This document shows, piece after piece, positions 1 through 12,823 of a DNA stretch of 64,000 nucleotides. Every line of letters begins with the position of its first letter. Position 1 is the stretch's first letter. The stretch lies in NCBI RefSeq assembly GCF_023055435.1, contig NW_025963779.1:38440001-38504000 (forward strand), in the 5' to 3' direction. Origin of the DNA: Haliotis rufescens. Lineage: Eukaryota. A program made the translations under genes and the position numbers. The notes under the pieces were generated by a model. It saw nothing but the letters and a program-made list of their open reading frames with translations, was not told where the DNA came from and made no database searches.

Positions 1-620
1 TGTTTACTGTCCAGGGATACAGAAATAGATTCGTTCACTGTCCAGGGTTACAATACTAGATTCGTTTACTGTCCAGGGATACAATACTAGATTCGTTTCC
101 TGTCCAGGGATACAGAAATAGATTCATTTACTGTCCAGGGATACAATACTAGATTCTTTTACTGTCGAGGGATACAATACTAGATTCGTTTCCTGTCCAG
201 GGATACAATACTAGATTCGTTTCCTGTCCAGGGATACAATGCTAGATTTGTTTACTGTCAGGGATACAATGCTAGATTTGTTTACTGTCAGGGATACAAT
301 GCTAGATTTGTTTACTGTCCAGGGATACAGAAATAGATTCGTTCACTGTCCAGAGTTACAATACTAGATTCGTTTACTGTCCAGGGATACAATACTAGAT
401 TCATTTACTGTCCAGGGATACAATGCTAAATTCGTTTACTGTCCAGGGATACAATGCTAGATTTTTTTACTGTCCAGGGATACAATGCTAGATTTTTTTA
501 CTGTCCAGGGATAAAATGCTAGATTCGTTTACTGTCCAGGGATACAATGCTAGATTCGTTTAGTGTCCAGGGATACAATGCTAGATTTGTTTACTGTCCA
601 GGGATACAATGCTAGATTTT
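1..620. repeat. 31-bp minisatellite (tttactgtccagggatacaatactagattcg), runs off the window start
   Basis: About 20 tandem copies read directly. Confidence 0.95.
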
Positions 621-1194
621 ACGATAATGAAGAGAGGTTACTATTGTCCAGAATACTATTGGCACAGAAGCAGTTAGACGTATGTCATGCTGTTTCAGTG
701 CTATGTTGAAAGAAGACCAACACTATTTCACAGGTTGAAACCATTGCTCCAACAGGGCTTGATTTAGCTTTATGCAACCTTTTGTTGAAAAGAGATCTTA
801 TTTATTTAGACTACTTCACGCATCTGTTTCGAATTTGATAAATTTGTGGGACCAGGGTGCAACCTGGTTTTGTCCAGTGCAACTAAGTTTTCTTGTTAAC
901 ATGCACCTGGTGCAAGTTGAATCAAGTACCTTTATTGTGCCTAGCTCCAATCTCTAGTTTGCCAGGTGCCAATACTTTTACAGGCTGCTGTGGAATAGCT
1001 GGAATATTGCCAACAGTGCCATAAAACAACATTCAATCCCTCATTTTGGAGTGAAATCAGACCATGTGAAGTCACTAAAATGTTGTATTGGTACATGCGA
1101 GACATAATTCCACCTGTTCATAATATGCCTTTATGTGACAAAAAGTCTCACATCCAGGATGAAACGACAATGACACAAAACTTGTTCATTTTTA

Positions 1195-1422
1195 CAGTGA
1201 GTGAGTTTCATTTTATGCTGAATTGAACAGCATTTCAGTCATGTCAGTATAATATGGGAGGAAAGCACCAACTGAAGCTGGTCTTACACATTTACCACTT
1301 TGGTTACCTAGAGCACATACATGGTGCTGACAAACCAAGAAACATAATCATGGGGAACCACGATTAGAATCCACGATTAAATGTTTCTGGCAAGCTTGAG
1401 ACATCTTAGATGACTGGGCCAC
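1195..1422 (-). mobile_element. Old SINE-like repeat, related to 3170-3420 and 49775-50030
   Basis: Shared blocks gagtgagt, gggaggaaag, ctgacaaacc/t.agaa.cataa and gtttctggca. Confidence 0.5.
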
Positions 1423-2096
1423 ACATGATCCATCATTTTTAGAGACCACTGATGCTTCATTCAGCATTTTGATAACAGAAAGCAAATCTACTTATTGACA
1501 ATATTTTGGATTATGGAAATATTTTGCCAGTCTCGATCCATAAAACAAAGCAAAGCACTGAACATACTGAGTTGATGCATTGAATACAGTGAGTTGTGCA
1601 CTGATTCCAGCTTCAGCGCTATCGATCAAGAAACATATATCATCATTCAGACATCCCAAACTTCAACAATTTTCCTGGAAGTGGTATTAGCATCAGGTCA
1701 GACTGACCCCAGCCATTGATTTCCTGTGAAATACGACTGTCCATGCACCACTACATGGAGTGACATTGGAAGTGAAATCTCACTGGCTCAATTTCCATTA
1801 ATCATCCCGTATTCACCATGCATCTAGTGCTGCTAGTCTACTCCAAAGCCTTCCTTATGACCCCAAGATGTGATTACCTATCAGTTATGTTGTTTTTATA
1901 GCCCATCATCTCACAGACAAATATATATTGACTGGAGTATTCAGGATTTTTGTTGAACTCAGATGTATAACTCCCCTTCATCAAGGAAAGGGACTGATCC
2001 TGACTATTATATACAGGTATAAAAATATACTCATTACTCAGTTGAAAAGATGTGTCATTAATGTCTTTCAGCTCATGCAGAAGTGAGTGTGTTTAA

Positions 2097-3132
2097 AGCC
2101 CCATCTGCGGTAGTAACTACCGCACTCTAGTGGGCGGAGCTTATACAATTGATCTGACAGGTCAATATGATGTCATGATAACACATACATTTCATTGGTT
2201 AATGCGTAAACGGGTGACGTCATGTAAACACCCACCCACATGGGCTGTTTGACAACAAGGACGTAAGTTTTAATGGTAATATAAATATCTACCAAACGAT
2301 TCCAAGACTTTTCAACAAACGCGTACATCTTTGGTTTCAAAACCTACCTGCCATGTCGTCTTCACATCTTCATAAAATGATACCGTGGAATGTCCACGAT
2401 TTATCCAACACACAATTTATAGTTCTAGATCTCTGGACTAGAACGAAATACGTTTGTCGTGATGCATATGAGCAATGTAAATGAACAAGAAACATAATAT
2501 GTGTTGGGGCACCAATCGTTATCCTGTGGTGTACAGTATATCTGCAGTTTATAAATAGCATTTCTCACAATATATACGGCAATAGGTGATTTCAACAATG
2601 TTTTTCTTCGTTGTGTTCGTCTTGCCTCATCTGGAATCTGGATGACATCGATCGTGTAAAAAGCCTGATAATGGTCAAAAATATTTTCAAGTGATCAAAG
2701 TAGTTTCTTGTTGTTTTTTCATTGTCCAGTAGCAATGTATTTTGGCAAAGTCTCACTTGTCCAATGAAGCTCCTCATGCCGAAGTAACTCAATCTGTGAA
2801 ATTTGGCGGGTCCCAGTGACCCAGATCCCTGTTGATTGGCACCGTAAATAAGCTCCCCCCACTGTGATTGATGCAGACACCAAACACGATTGATTCGATT
2901 TTTTATGATAAAACTACAGAAAATTTATTGACTTATATCTTGATATGGAGCCATTTGTTGTATCCATGGTTTGTTATTCAAGTTGATACGAAGTGTGATG
3001 GTCAATGGTGTTATCGTTCCCGTATGTCTTTCAAAAAACTTCTCCCGACACTCGGTTGTGTTTACATTGTCAGTCATTGTTCGAAACTGAAACACAGCCA
3101 CCTTGCAGGCTATTTATAGTCCGGCTGGGGCT
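2097..3132. mobile_element. Non-autonomous TTAA DNA transposon (Kolobok-like MITE), internal-deletion derivative of 50109-53332
   Basis: TTAA|AGCCCCA...TGGGGCT|TTAA, with TSDs at 2093-2096 and 3133-3136. Near-identical to both ends of the long copy. Confidence 0.9.
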
Positions 3133-3169
3133 TTAATGTGTGAGAAAAGGCCACAGACATTCAATACTC

Positions 3170-3420
3170 ATATGAGTTGTAGAGTTGTGTTTTACGCCAC
3201 TTTCAATAGTATTCCAGTAATATGGGAGGTTCATGTGGGAGGAAAGATCAAAGTTACATAGATCTTAGACATTTATCAGTTTGGTGAAACTCACTTGCAC
3301 AGACAAACCTGACAAATCTAGAAGCATAATCGGGGCAAATCTGGGATTGGAACCCATGATGATAGGGTTCTGGCACATCTAAGGGATGCAACTCTGCAAA
3401 CAAATTGGTGTGCTGGGTCA
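3170..3420 (-). mobile_element. Old SINE-like repeat
   Basis: Similar to 1195-1422 and 49775-50030. Confidence 0.5.
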
Positions 3421-4834
3421 TCCGTTCCCCTCCACCCCCTCATGTGAAAACCATGCAGTAAGGTATGGTGCTAATAGATCACAAAACATGACAACCACAA
3501 CAGTGGACATATATCCAAGCTTGCCAACTTAAACTTTGAAATTTCCTTGAAAGAATGATGAGGATTTTACCCAAATAATTATAACCTCACTTACATTTTG
3601 CAATATTTGCCAAGACAAAAGTATGTTTTCATATATATATATCCAGTGTTAGAAACAAGTGACTGCTAGTAGGTCTGTGGCAGGTACATCTTGTGTAGGG
3701 CCTGTAGTTTCAAATTTGTATGATCCCTCATGGCCTACAGTAAATTTGTGTTGATTTATTTGTCGCAATAAGTCAGCTGCAGTATTTTGGGCCTGAAGAG
3801 TTTGGTCATGGCCTGCAGCTTCTCAAATATGTGAGTCCAGATGGCAGCTAGACAACAATTTTCATTTCAAACACTACATATCCCCTTTTCACATATTGCA
3901 ATAATGTTTCTGACTCTGCATATAATGAAATAAGATAAGATTATTTAAGACAAGTCAGCAAAAAACACATTACACTCGGAACAGAGTCGATCAAGCTGTA
4001 TGTTCCATAAGATTTCCAGGGCCCTGTTCCACAAAGCGATCGTAACTCCCATACTTTAACAGACATACAACAGAGCGGAATGCTTTATGGAACAGTGTCC
4101 AACAATCTTGGCTTAGTGTTCATGGGCACTGGGTTGAAAGAAAAGAGAGTTCCCTTCATGGAACTCATGCATGTGGCTGTGCTCTAAGACAGAAAGAAGA
4201 GTTCCACATCAGGGGCAAAAAGGAACAGTTACAATATACCAGCTTGGCTTCATGTCAGTTCTTGTATCTGCACCTGACCTGACTCGTCTCAGTCACACAC
4301 ATATTGATGGTGCTGAAGTGCCTAATACCTAACCAGGTATTATATTCATGATCTATTACTGATTCCTTTTGATCTATAGCAAACAATAAATAACATTAAC
4401 AACCAATGAAACTCAAATTGTTCACTTGATGGCAACAGTCACTGGTCAGCCTTGCTGGTCCAGGAGAACCCCACTTGCATTCACTGATCACGAAGCACTT
4501 ATTGTGATTGGCAATAAACTGTGAGACAGACATGTTACAGAAAGAATTTGATACCACTGACACCAATGACAATGTCAGTATTCACAACCACCAAGTTACA
4601 CCTCATTCAAGATACAATCCTGAGTGTAACATATCACCCAGTATCAAAACTCATCAAATTGACCCAAACTTTACAGCAACACACTTCAAAAGTTAATTTT
4701 GATCATGTTGATGGCAAATATTATACAAATAATTACTTTTGATGAGATCAATAGCTGAAAAGAAGGACCTGAGGATCTGACCCCTAGAGGTGGTCTGTCG
4801 GGTGAACAGCAACGGGGTGTATCTAAGCAAAGAG

Positions 4835-5160
4835 GTGAGGTGACATGGGGTTTTATGTCAGTTCAAGATTATTGCACTTATATTGTGACATGAATTAATG
4901 TGCGTGTGTTGCTACTTCTACTGGTCCAGACTTTTTGTTGGTTTTATAGTGCTCGTGCGTGTGTTGCTACTTCTACTGGTCCAGACTTTTTGTTGGTTTT
5001 ATAGTGCTCGTCAACCAGTCCTTGTGTTAACACCTTAGTACTGAGCGCGTGACAAGGTTACAATAAGTACCTTCCTTTAACATATTTTTATCATGCCTTG
5101 GCTTGGGGATGGAACAGCTGACCTTCTGCTCTCCGGGCAGACGCTCTACCTACCAGACCA
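4835..5160 (-). mobile_element. Degenerate tRNA-headed SINE with Meta-like central domain and an internal ~55-bp tandem duplication
   Basis: Shares ttttatagtgct, accagtc, aagtacc and a gaac..gaccttc head with 45838-46163. 4901-4955 is duplicated at 4956-5010. Confidence 0.6.
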
Positions 5161-5190
5161 TGCAGGCAGTCTTCGAAGTAATGAACTTAC

Positions 5191-5253
5191 CTGGAACTTG
5201 GACAGATCTGGAATGGTCAGGCTTGGACATGTGAGCTGGCTCTCTAAGGATTT
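5191..5253 (-). CDS. UBA6: UBA6-like exon F (63 bp)
   Basis: gttttccag|AAA...CAG|gtaagt. Encodes KSLESQLTCPSLTIPDLSKFQ, phase 0/0. Confidence 0.9.
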
Positions 5254-5522
5254 CTGGAAAACAGACAGATGTTTTTGACTGGATACAAATAACAACTTAG
5301 CCCCAACCCGGAGCAAATATTACACAGGTAACACCTCTTGGGTATTCCGTCTCATTTAGCCCACTAAGGAGGACTGTGGAGACATGCTGGTGACTTGGCT
5401 GGTTGCACGTCCTGGTACACTTATGGCTTGGATCACAGCTCTTGTTTCAGTCATTGGTTTGTCTGGGTCAGATTTGATTATACAGGCTGCCATGACATTG
5501 ATGTAATAGTGGTATCTGTGGT

Positions 5523-6432
5523 TTAACCCCCTGGATGCCAGAGGGACATATATGTCCCTCCTCTTCAACCCTTACGTTGAAGTCGAATAAAATTTAACAT
5601 ACATCACGCACACAGATACACTTCACAGTTTTGACACTTTCACATGTTTTGTGGTATCATCCACTGGCATTTTAGGAAAAGCAAAATTACTGAAAATGAC
5701 CTCTAAAAATTAGGTACATCGTAAATGTTGCATTTTTTAAACACATTCCTAAATCACCACTCACAGCGTTATTAACAGCATGTTTTGAAATCTAAATTTC
5801 GGATCTTTACTCAGAGAAATGAATTTCAAAAATAGCATATTAGTGATCACAGGGTATCTGTCACTTATCAAATCAACATTCCAAAACATCAACGATAACC
5901 CTAGAATCGTTTAGAATGTTTTGGAAAATACGCAAACAGGAACGCCGAAGTGAACGCATAGGAAGAGAATCCCTTACCATGCATCTTCTTAAAATGTTGA
6001 GCCATTGTATGCAATGAATAGACGATTGCATAGCTCAAAACAGGAGAAAATGCTGCACTGTGTAAAAACTGAATTTTGCTTTGTTTACATTTCAAACAAG
6101 TGCAGTTTTTTGAGCACATTGTTCGTTTTTACACCAAATTTCTTTGGCTTGATTGAGATACTTTGTATTGGTGACAAAGGCCATTTGTCATTTGATTCTA
6201 AAATGTATGAGGAATTCAAGGATGAATGGAAGTGATGTTACAGGCATCTCAAAACCGGTATACGTGAAACATGATTTTGTAAACACTTTCCAATATGGCA
6301 GAAAGTTGACTTCGGCATTCAAACATTCAAAATGATTCTAGGGATATCGACGACATTTTGGAATGATCATTGGTGATTGATAAAAGACAGATACCCATGA
6401 ACACTAATATGCTATTTTTTAAATTCATTTCT
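5523..6432. mobile_element. Foldback/MITE-like element with a piggyBac-like TTAACCC start
   Basis: ttaacccc start, a perfect 20-bp palindrome at 5541-5560, and degenerate inverted arms at ~5815-5960 and ~6300-6432. Confidence 0.55.
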
Positions 6433-6819
6433 TTATTTTTCATTGATTATAAGTGTCACTCTAATTCATTGGTAGATAGAGGACATTTGTGGTATTCAAT
6501 GTACATACAAATTATTCATATTTAGCATTTTTATATAAGACTGCTGTTTTCCAGGGCAGATTATTGATTGATGCTGTAGACATCTCGCTTGCCCTATAGT
6601 GACTTTGTATTCAAGAACTATTTTGTCGGCCACCAATTATCATCTCCGGGTGTGATCCACTCCACAATTTTGTTGTTAGGTTAATGTACACTTAAATAGC
6701 CTTATGCAACCACAGACTTGTAAATATAAGTAATCAGAACACTTGCTTGGAGCATATGTCACTGGATCAATACACAGTATGAGGGAGGATTAGAGTGCAA
6801 CCTTGCTGCCACCTCTACA

Positions 6820-9175
6820 GGAGCACACAACAGACAAGGACTGGACACAGTGTAGCACACCACAGACTGGGGCAGGACAGAGTGTAGCACACCACAGACT
6901 GGGGCAGGACACAGTGTAGCACACCACACACAGGGGCAGGACACATTGTAGCACACCACAGACAGGGGCAGGACACAGTGTAGCTCACAACAGACACGGA
7001 CTGGACACAGTGTAGCACACCACAGACAGGGGCTGGACACAGTGTAGCACACAACAGACAAAGACTGGACACAGTGTAGCACACAACAGACTGGGGCAGG
7101 ACACAACACGGACAGGGGTAGGGAACACCACACACAGGGGCAGAACACAGTGTAGCACACCACAGACTGGCAGGACACAGTGTAGCACACCACAGACTGG
7201 GGCAGGACACAACACGGACAGGGGTAGGGAACACCACACACAGGGGCAGAACACAGTGTAGCACACCACAGACTGGCAGGACACAGTGTAGCACACCACA
7301 GACTGGGGCAGGACACAACACGGACAGGGGTAGGGAACACCACACACAGGGGCAGAACACAGTGTAGCACACCACAGACTGGCAGGACACAGTGTAGCAC
7401 ACAACAGACTGGGGCAGGACACAACACGGACAGGGGTAGGGAACACCACACACAGGGGCAGAACACAGTGTAGCACACCACAGACTGGCAGGACACAGTG
7501 TAGCACACCACAGACTGGGGCAGGACACCGTGTAGCACACCATACACAGGGGCAGGACACAGTGTAGCACACCACACACAGGGGCAGGACACAGTGTAGC
7601 ACACCACACACAGGGGCAGGGCACAGTGTAGCACACCACAAACAGGGGCAGGACACAGTGTAGCACACCACACACAGGGGCAGGGCACAGTGTAGCACAC
7701 CACAGACTGGCAGGACACAGTGTAGCACACCTCAGACTGGGGCAGGACACAGTGTAGCACACCATACACAGGGGCAGGACACAGTGTAGCACACCATAGA
7801 CAGGGGCTGGACACTGTGTAGCACACAACAGACAAGGACCGGACACAGTGTAGCACACCACAGACAGGGGCTGGACACAGTGTAGCACACCACAGACAGG
7901 GGCAGGACACAACACGGACAGGGGCAGGGAACACCACACACAGGGGCAGAACACAGTGTAGCACACCACAGACTGGCAGGACACAGTGTAGCACACAACA
8001 GACTGGGGCAGGACACAGTGTAGCACACCACAGACCGGGGCAGGACACAGTGTAGCACACTAGAGACAGGGGCTGGACACACCACAGACGGGCAGGACAC
8101 AGTGTAGCACACCACAGACAGGGGCAGGACACATTGTAGCACACCACAGACAGGGGCAGGAGACAGTGTAGCACACCACTGACAGGGGCAGGACACAGTG
8201 TAGCACAGCACAGACAGGGGCAGGACACTTTGTAGCACACCACAGACTGGGGCAGGAGACAGTGTAGCACACCACAGACAGGGGCAGCACACATTGTAGC
8301 ACACTAGAGACAGGGGCTGGACACACAACAGACAGGGGCTGGACATATTGTAGCTCACCACAGACAGGGGCAGGATACAGTGTAGCACACCACAGACAGG
8401 GGCAGGGCACACCACAGACAGGGACTGGATACACCACAGACAGGGGCAGGACACACCACAGACAGGGGCAGGGCACACCACAGACAGGGACTGGATACAC
8501 CACAGACAGGGCAGGACACAGTGTAGCACACCACAGACAGGGGCTGGACACAGTGTAGCACACCACAGACAGGGGCAGGAAATATTGTAGCACACTAGAG
8601 ACAGGGGCTGGACACAGTGTAGCATACCACAGACAGGGGCAGGAGACAGTGTAGCACACCTGAGTCATGGGCTGGACACACCACAGACAGGGGCAGGGCA
8701 CACCACAGACAGGGGCAGGGCACACCACAGACAGGGGCTGGACATACCACAGACAGGGGCTGGACACACCACAGACAGGGGCTGGACACACCACAGACAG
8801 GGGCAGGGCACACCACAGACAGGGACAGGGCACACCACACACAGGGGCAGGGCACAGTGTAGCACACCACAGACGGGCGGGCGACAGTGTAGCACACCAC
8901 AGACAGGGGCAGGACACATTGTAGCACACCACAGACAGGGGCAGGAGACAGTGTAGCACACCACTGACAGGGGCTGGACACATTGTAGCTCACCACAGAC
9001 AGGGGCAGGACACAGTGTAGCACACCACAGACAGGGGCAGGACACAGTGTAGCACACCACAGACAGGGGCAGGACACAGTGTAGCACACCACAGACAGGG
9101 GCAGGACACATTGTAGCACACCACAGACAGGGGCAGGAGGCAGTTTAGCACACCACAGACAGGGGCAGTGACACA
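6820..9175. repeat. 32-bp minisatellite (ggacacagtgtagcacaccacagacaggggca) with ~22-bp short variants
   Basis: Direct tandem repetition. Explains all Cys/Val-rich ORFs at 6759-9176. Confidence 0.95.
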
Positions 9176-11006
9176 AGTTTTGAAAACAATCTCTTTAAAA
9201 GGAAAGCTATGTGGATAAATATATCATACAAGATTGGAGACCATCATGCATGTTTAGTCATCCATAGTCTGGGTCACATCACAGTGCTGATAAGGATACA
9301 AGAAAACAAATCTGTAAGAAAACTTTATAACATTTCTGAAATTACAGAATTGTCAGTAAGTATTCTGCTGTTTGTTTATTATCAAGTATGGTCTGATGAG
9401 CTCGAGCTAACCATCCTTGTTGATCTGGACCTGCATTAACAGGTAACTGCGTCCATGTCAATGTGACCCTTGTGAACAAACACTCCTGAGTATGTGAAGG
9501 ACACTACAGAGATGTACGTATCAAACTAATGACATCCTTGAAGCAGCACGTCTATGTCAAAGTGGGACAACAATGCCAGCTACCATTCACACGTTCCTGT
9601 CCCATTATCCGTGTTGGAGGCCATCGGCAACTGCCACTGTACATGATGTAACAGCTACACTTAGAGCAAAAGGTGACAGCTGGCTGTCAAATATTCAGGC
9701 AATGGCATAAAAATAGTGTTAGTCACTTCAGCAAAATATGACTAACTCACTATTATTGACGTCGTGGAATGTCCAGATAAATTCTGTAACATTTCAACCG
9801 GTTGTAAAAAGACTTGCATTGTAAGAAATTGATGTCTACTTCAACTTAAAGCTTCCTGCACAACACTGTCGAAAGAGTTTCAAAACATAGGCAACCAGAA
9901 ATTAGTTTGTTGAAAATTATTTTGTCAGAAAGAAATAAAACAAGTAAACCAGACTGGTTTGATGTGTTGTCAAATACCATTGTCATAACTCTGTGTCTAA
10001 CAGTTAGGGATGAAGTGATTCATTTCTTCATTACTGGAGTAAAATTTATGACATGGATATTTCCACGCAACATGCAATTTTTTTCAATAGTCAGTGCCTC
10101 AGAAATAAGACTTGAGAATGCTTTCTGACAAACGGTTGATAATTGTGCCTTGTCACAGCTTGGTCTGGGTCAAAAATCTCTTTGGACATCCTTAAAGAGA
10201 TTTACTGTTGGCCAAATACAATTAATAACATACTTCAAAAGCCCCTTATTGCTAACAATTCAATTATTGTACAAACTTAATTATTTGAACCCATTAATTG
10301 CTGAGTGGTAGGCTTCTTGTCAGCACCTTCTCAGCCATATATATTAACCCTCTCATGAGTATGTCCTCTTTGAACAACTAAATGGTGGTCAAAATGGCAA
10401 AATCCAGTTAGTGTGGGTGGCTATTTCTTACATACCCGTGGGTGAGAAACCCATCAGAGATAACTGGTATCAAACATGTGTTTAATCGAATTCCAGGTGG
10501 GTGATTGTCTACTCCATGGAGATGACCTGAGGTCAAATTATGACAGACTACTTTCTTGATTGTAATTTATTGATAAGTTACTCATGCTTAGGTCAAATTC
10601 ACCTACATCTGTGTTGAATCTTATGTTGGGTCTTGTCTTGTTTGCATAATCATCATTGCCTTGATAATCTACAGATATGGCAGAAACTTTTATTGTGGAG
10701 GGTCACACAATGTATGGTTAGTAAGCAGAAGGCCGGATGATGTCACAAATGATCTTTGTGTTATGCATTAATGCGCCACGGTGATCATGAGAATAGACAA
10801 AATAAGCTTGGATTCGATTTTAAAATGGTGAGATTTTAGGGTGTGTAAGAAACAGATAACTGCCCTTGTGCCTGTCATATACCATTTATCTTACAACTTG
10901 TTATTTCAAAGCATATCTAACTTGCTTTCGCTCATTAAATACCTTTTGAAACAACTCATAAGATAATGGTATCTGATGTATGGGCAGCTAGACTCCTCTC
11001 ACAACA

Positions 11007-11258
11007 GGTCACAATAGGTCTTCAGCAACCCATGCTTGCCGTAAAAGGCGACTATTCTTGTCGTGAGAGGCAACTAACGGGATCTGGTGGCCAGTCTCGC
11101 TGACTTGCTTGATGCATGTCATCGTATCACCATTGTGTGGATCAATGCTCATGATGTTAATCACTGGATGTCTTGTCTAGACTCAATTATTTACAGACCG
11201 CCGTCATAAAGCTGGAATATTGCTGAGTGCGGCGTTAAACAACAAACCAACCAACCAA
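11007..11258 (+). mobile_element. SINE-like retroposon, family 1 (slightly 5'-truncated)
   Basis: Perfect 12-bp TSD cctctcacaaca (10995-11006 and 11259-11270), (ccaa)n tail, homologous copies elsewhere in the window. Confidence 0.9.
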
Positions 11259-11839
11259 CCTCTCACAACATGACCCAACCATTCACTGAGTCTTGGCCTT
11301 CATCAGAATTTGTTTTGGGATCCATAAAAACTTTCAGTGGTTGAATTTGTTTTGGGCAGGCCTTACTCTGTTCATTGGGCTCAACTGTAGATCTCTCGGT
11401 CACTGAGTCACTGAGGAAACGTGCTTAGTTTTTGAAAGTTTTCTGAGGTAAATCAGTTAAGGGCTTTCCAATACTGAGCTGGGTTTAAGGCCACTTAAAC
11501 AATATTTCAGTTCTGTCATGGTGTGTCAGCTTATCATGGAGGAAAGTTGTCAGTTTGTAAGTACAGGTGTGGTGGTGTCACACTAAGAATATAAATAAGG
11601 GCAAAAGGATTCAAAGCAATGATCACAGGGATGCTGGCATGCCCAATGGGTGCAACTCTTGGAGGACTGGGCCACCCAAGCCCTGAGTTAATAGATGTCT
11701 GTGCACGTTTAACCTATTTGGGGCCTTGTAGTACTTAAAGTGAGTTGTCAGTGGTTGGTGGCTCCAGAATGGCCATGCAGTGGCATTAGATGTCAGGTTT
11801 AGTGACACTGTGTAACGTGGTTCATAACAAACAACTTAC

Positions 11840-11949
11840 AAAGTGGACTTTCTTTGGCAGTTTCACAGGAACGATGATCCCTCCGCTCTCGTACGGCTTG
11901 TGTTCCTCCCCTGCCGTGTCACAGATGCTGAATGTGTATGGGGTTAATA
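11840..11949 (-). CDS. UBA6: UBA6-like exon E (110 bp)
   Basis: gtgttccag|TA...TTT|gtaagt. Encodes (V)LTPYTFSICDTAGEEHKPYESGGIIVPVKLPKKVHF, phase 1/0, matching exon D. Confidence 0.94.
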
Positions 11950-12083
11950 CTGGAACACAAAAGTGAATAATGTCATCTGGCACACTAACAATGCTGCCAA
12001 TATTGCTGCAGTGGTCAAATATTAACCAGTTTGGGAATTTAAAGATAATGAAATTTGAAATAAGATGTTTTGATTAAAACAAT

Positions 12084-12750
12084 CATTATAGCTAAAATGG
12101 ATAGATTTTGGTTTGTTGTTTAACGCCGCACTCAGCAATATTCAAGCTATATGACGGCGGTCTGTAATTAATCAAGTGACCAGACAAATCCAGTGATTTA
12201 TATCATGAGCATCGATTCGCGGAATTGGGATCAATGACATGCATCAACCAAGTCAGCGAGCCTGACCACCCGATCCTGTTAGTCGCCTTTTACGACAAGC
12301 ATAGTCACCTATTACGGCAAGCATGGGTTGCTGAAGACCTATTCTACCCCGGAATCTTCACGGGTCTAAAATGGAAAGAATTATCATTAAACCGCCCGCA
12401 TGTTATCAGAAATGAGCGGGCCACTGTAACTTGATAATGCCTTCATATTGCTTGACGATGGGCCATTATCACTCCCGTTGGTAGGTGACGTCATATTGAT
12501 GTTCAATAGTGACGTCATCTGGTTTGATCTATGACGTTTCCATATTCGTAAAAGTGGGTCAGTGACATTCGTTGTGTGTTGATTGCAGTAAATGTTTCAA
12601 AACCGATATTGTTATTTATTTTTATTTGATAACAAATTCTATCCATTTTAGCTATAATAACGGTAACCCTATTTTTCAGGGCATTATCATTTGCAGAAGC
12701 CCTCAGATTATTATTATAATGCCCTGAATAATAGTGTTACCCTTATATAA
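12084..12750. mobile_element. Non-autonomous DNA element with inverted repeats and a long 3' hairpin (host of the SINE above)
   Basis: attatagctaaaatggataga ... tctatccattttagctataat inverted pair. Hairpin at 12662-12741. Confidence 0.6.
12109..12367 (-). mobile_element. SINE-like retroposon family 1, nested in another element
   Basis: Reverse copy of 11007-11258. Imperfect ~16-bp TSD taaaatggatagattt / taaaatggaaagaatt. Confidence 0.88.
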
Positions 12751-12823
12751 TAGTGGCAATCTAGAGTCAGTGATTAAGAAAGGGTTTTAATGCTGTTTTT
12801 GACAGTATTTCAAGGTGGCCATA

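Noticed and set aside
1-620. 31-bp array as another exon-derived repeat
   Set aside because: Only a vague resemblance (SIVSLDS versus AMLALDQ). The neighbouring exon is outside the window, so this cannot be tested here.
6759-9176. Cys-rich keratin-associated or metallothionein-like ORFs
   Set aside because: All three minus frames are open across a 32-bp satellite with frame-breaking unit lengths, so this is an artefact.
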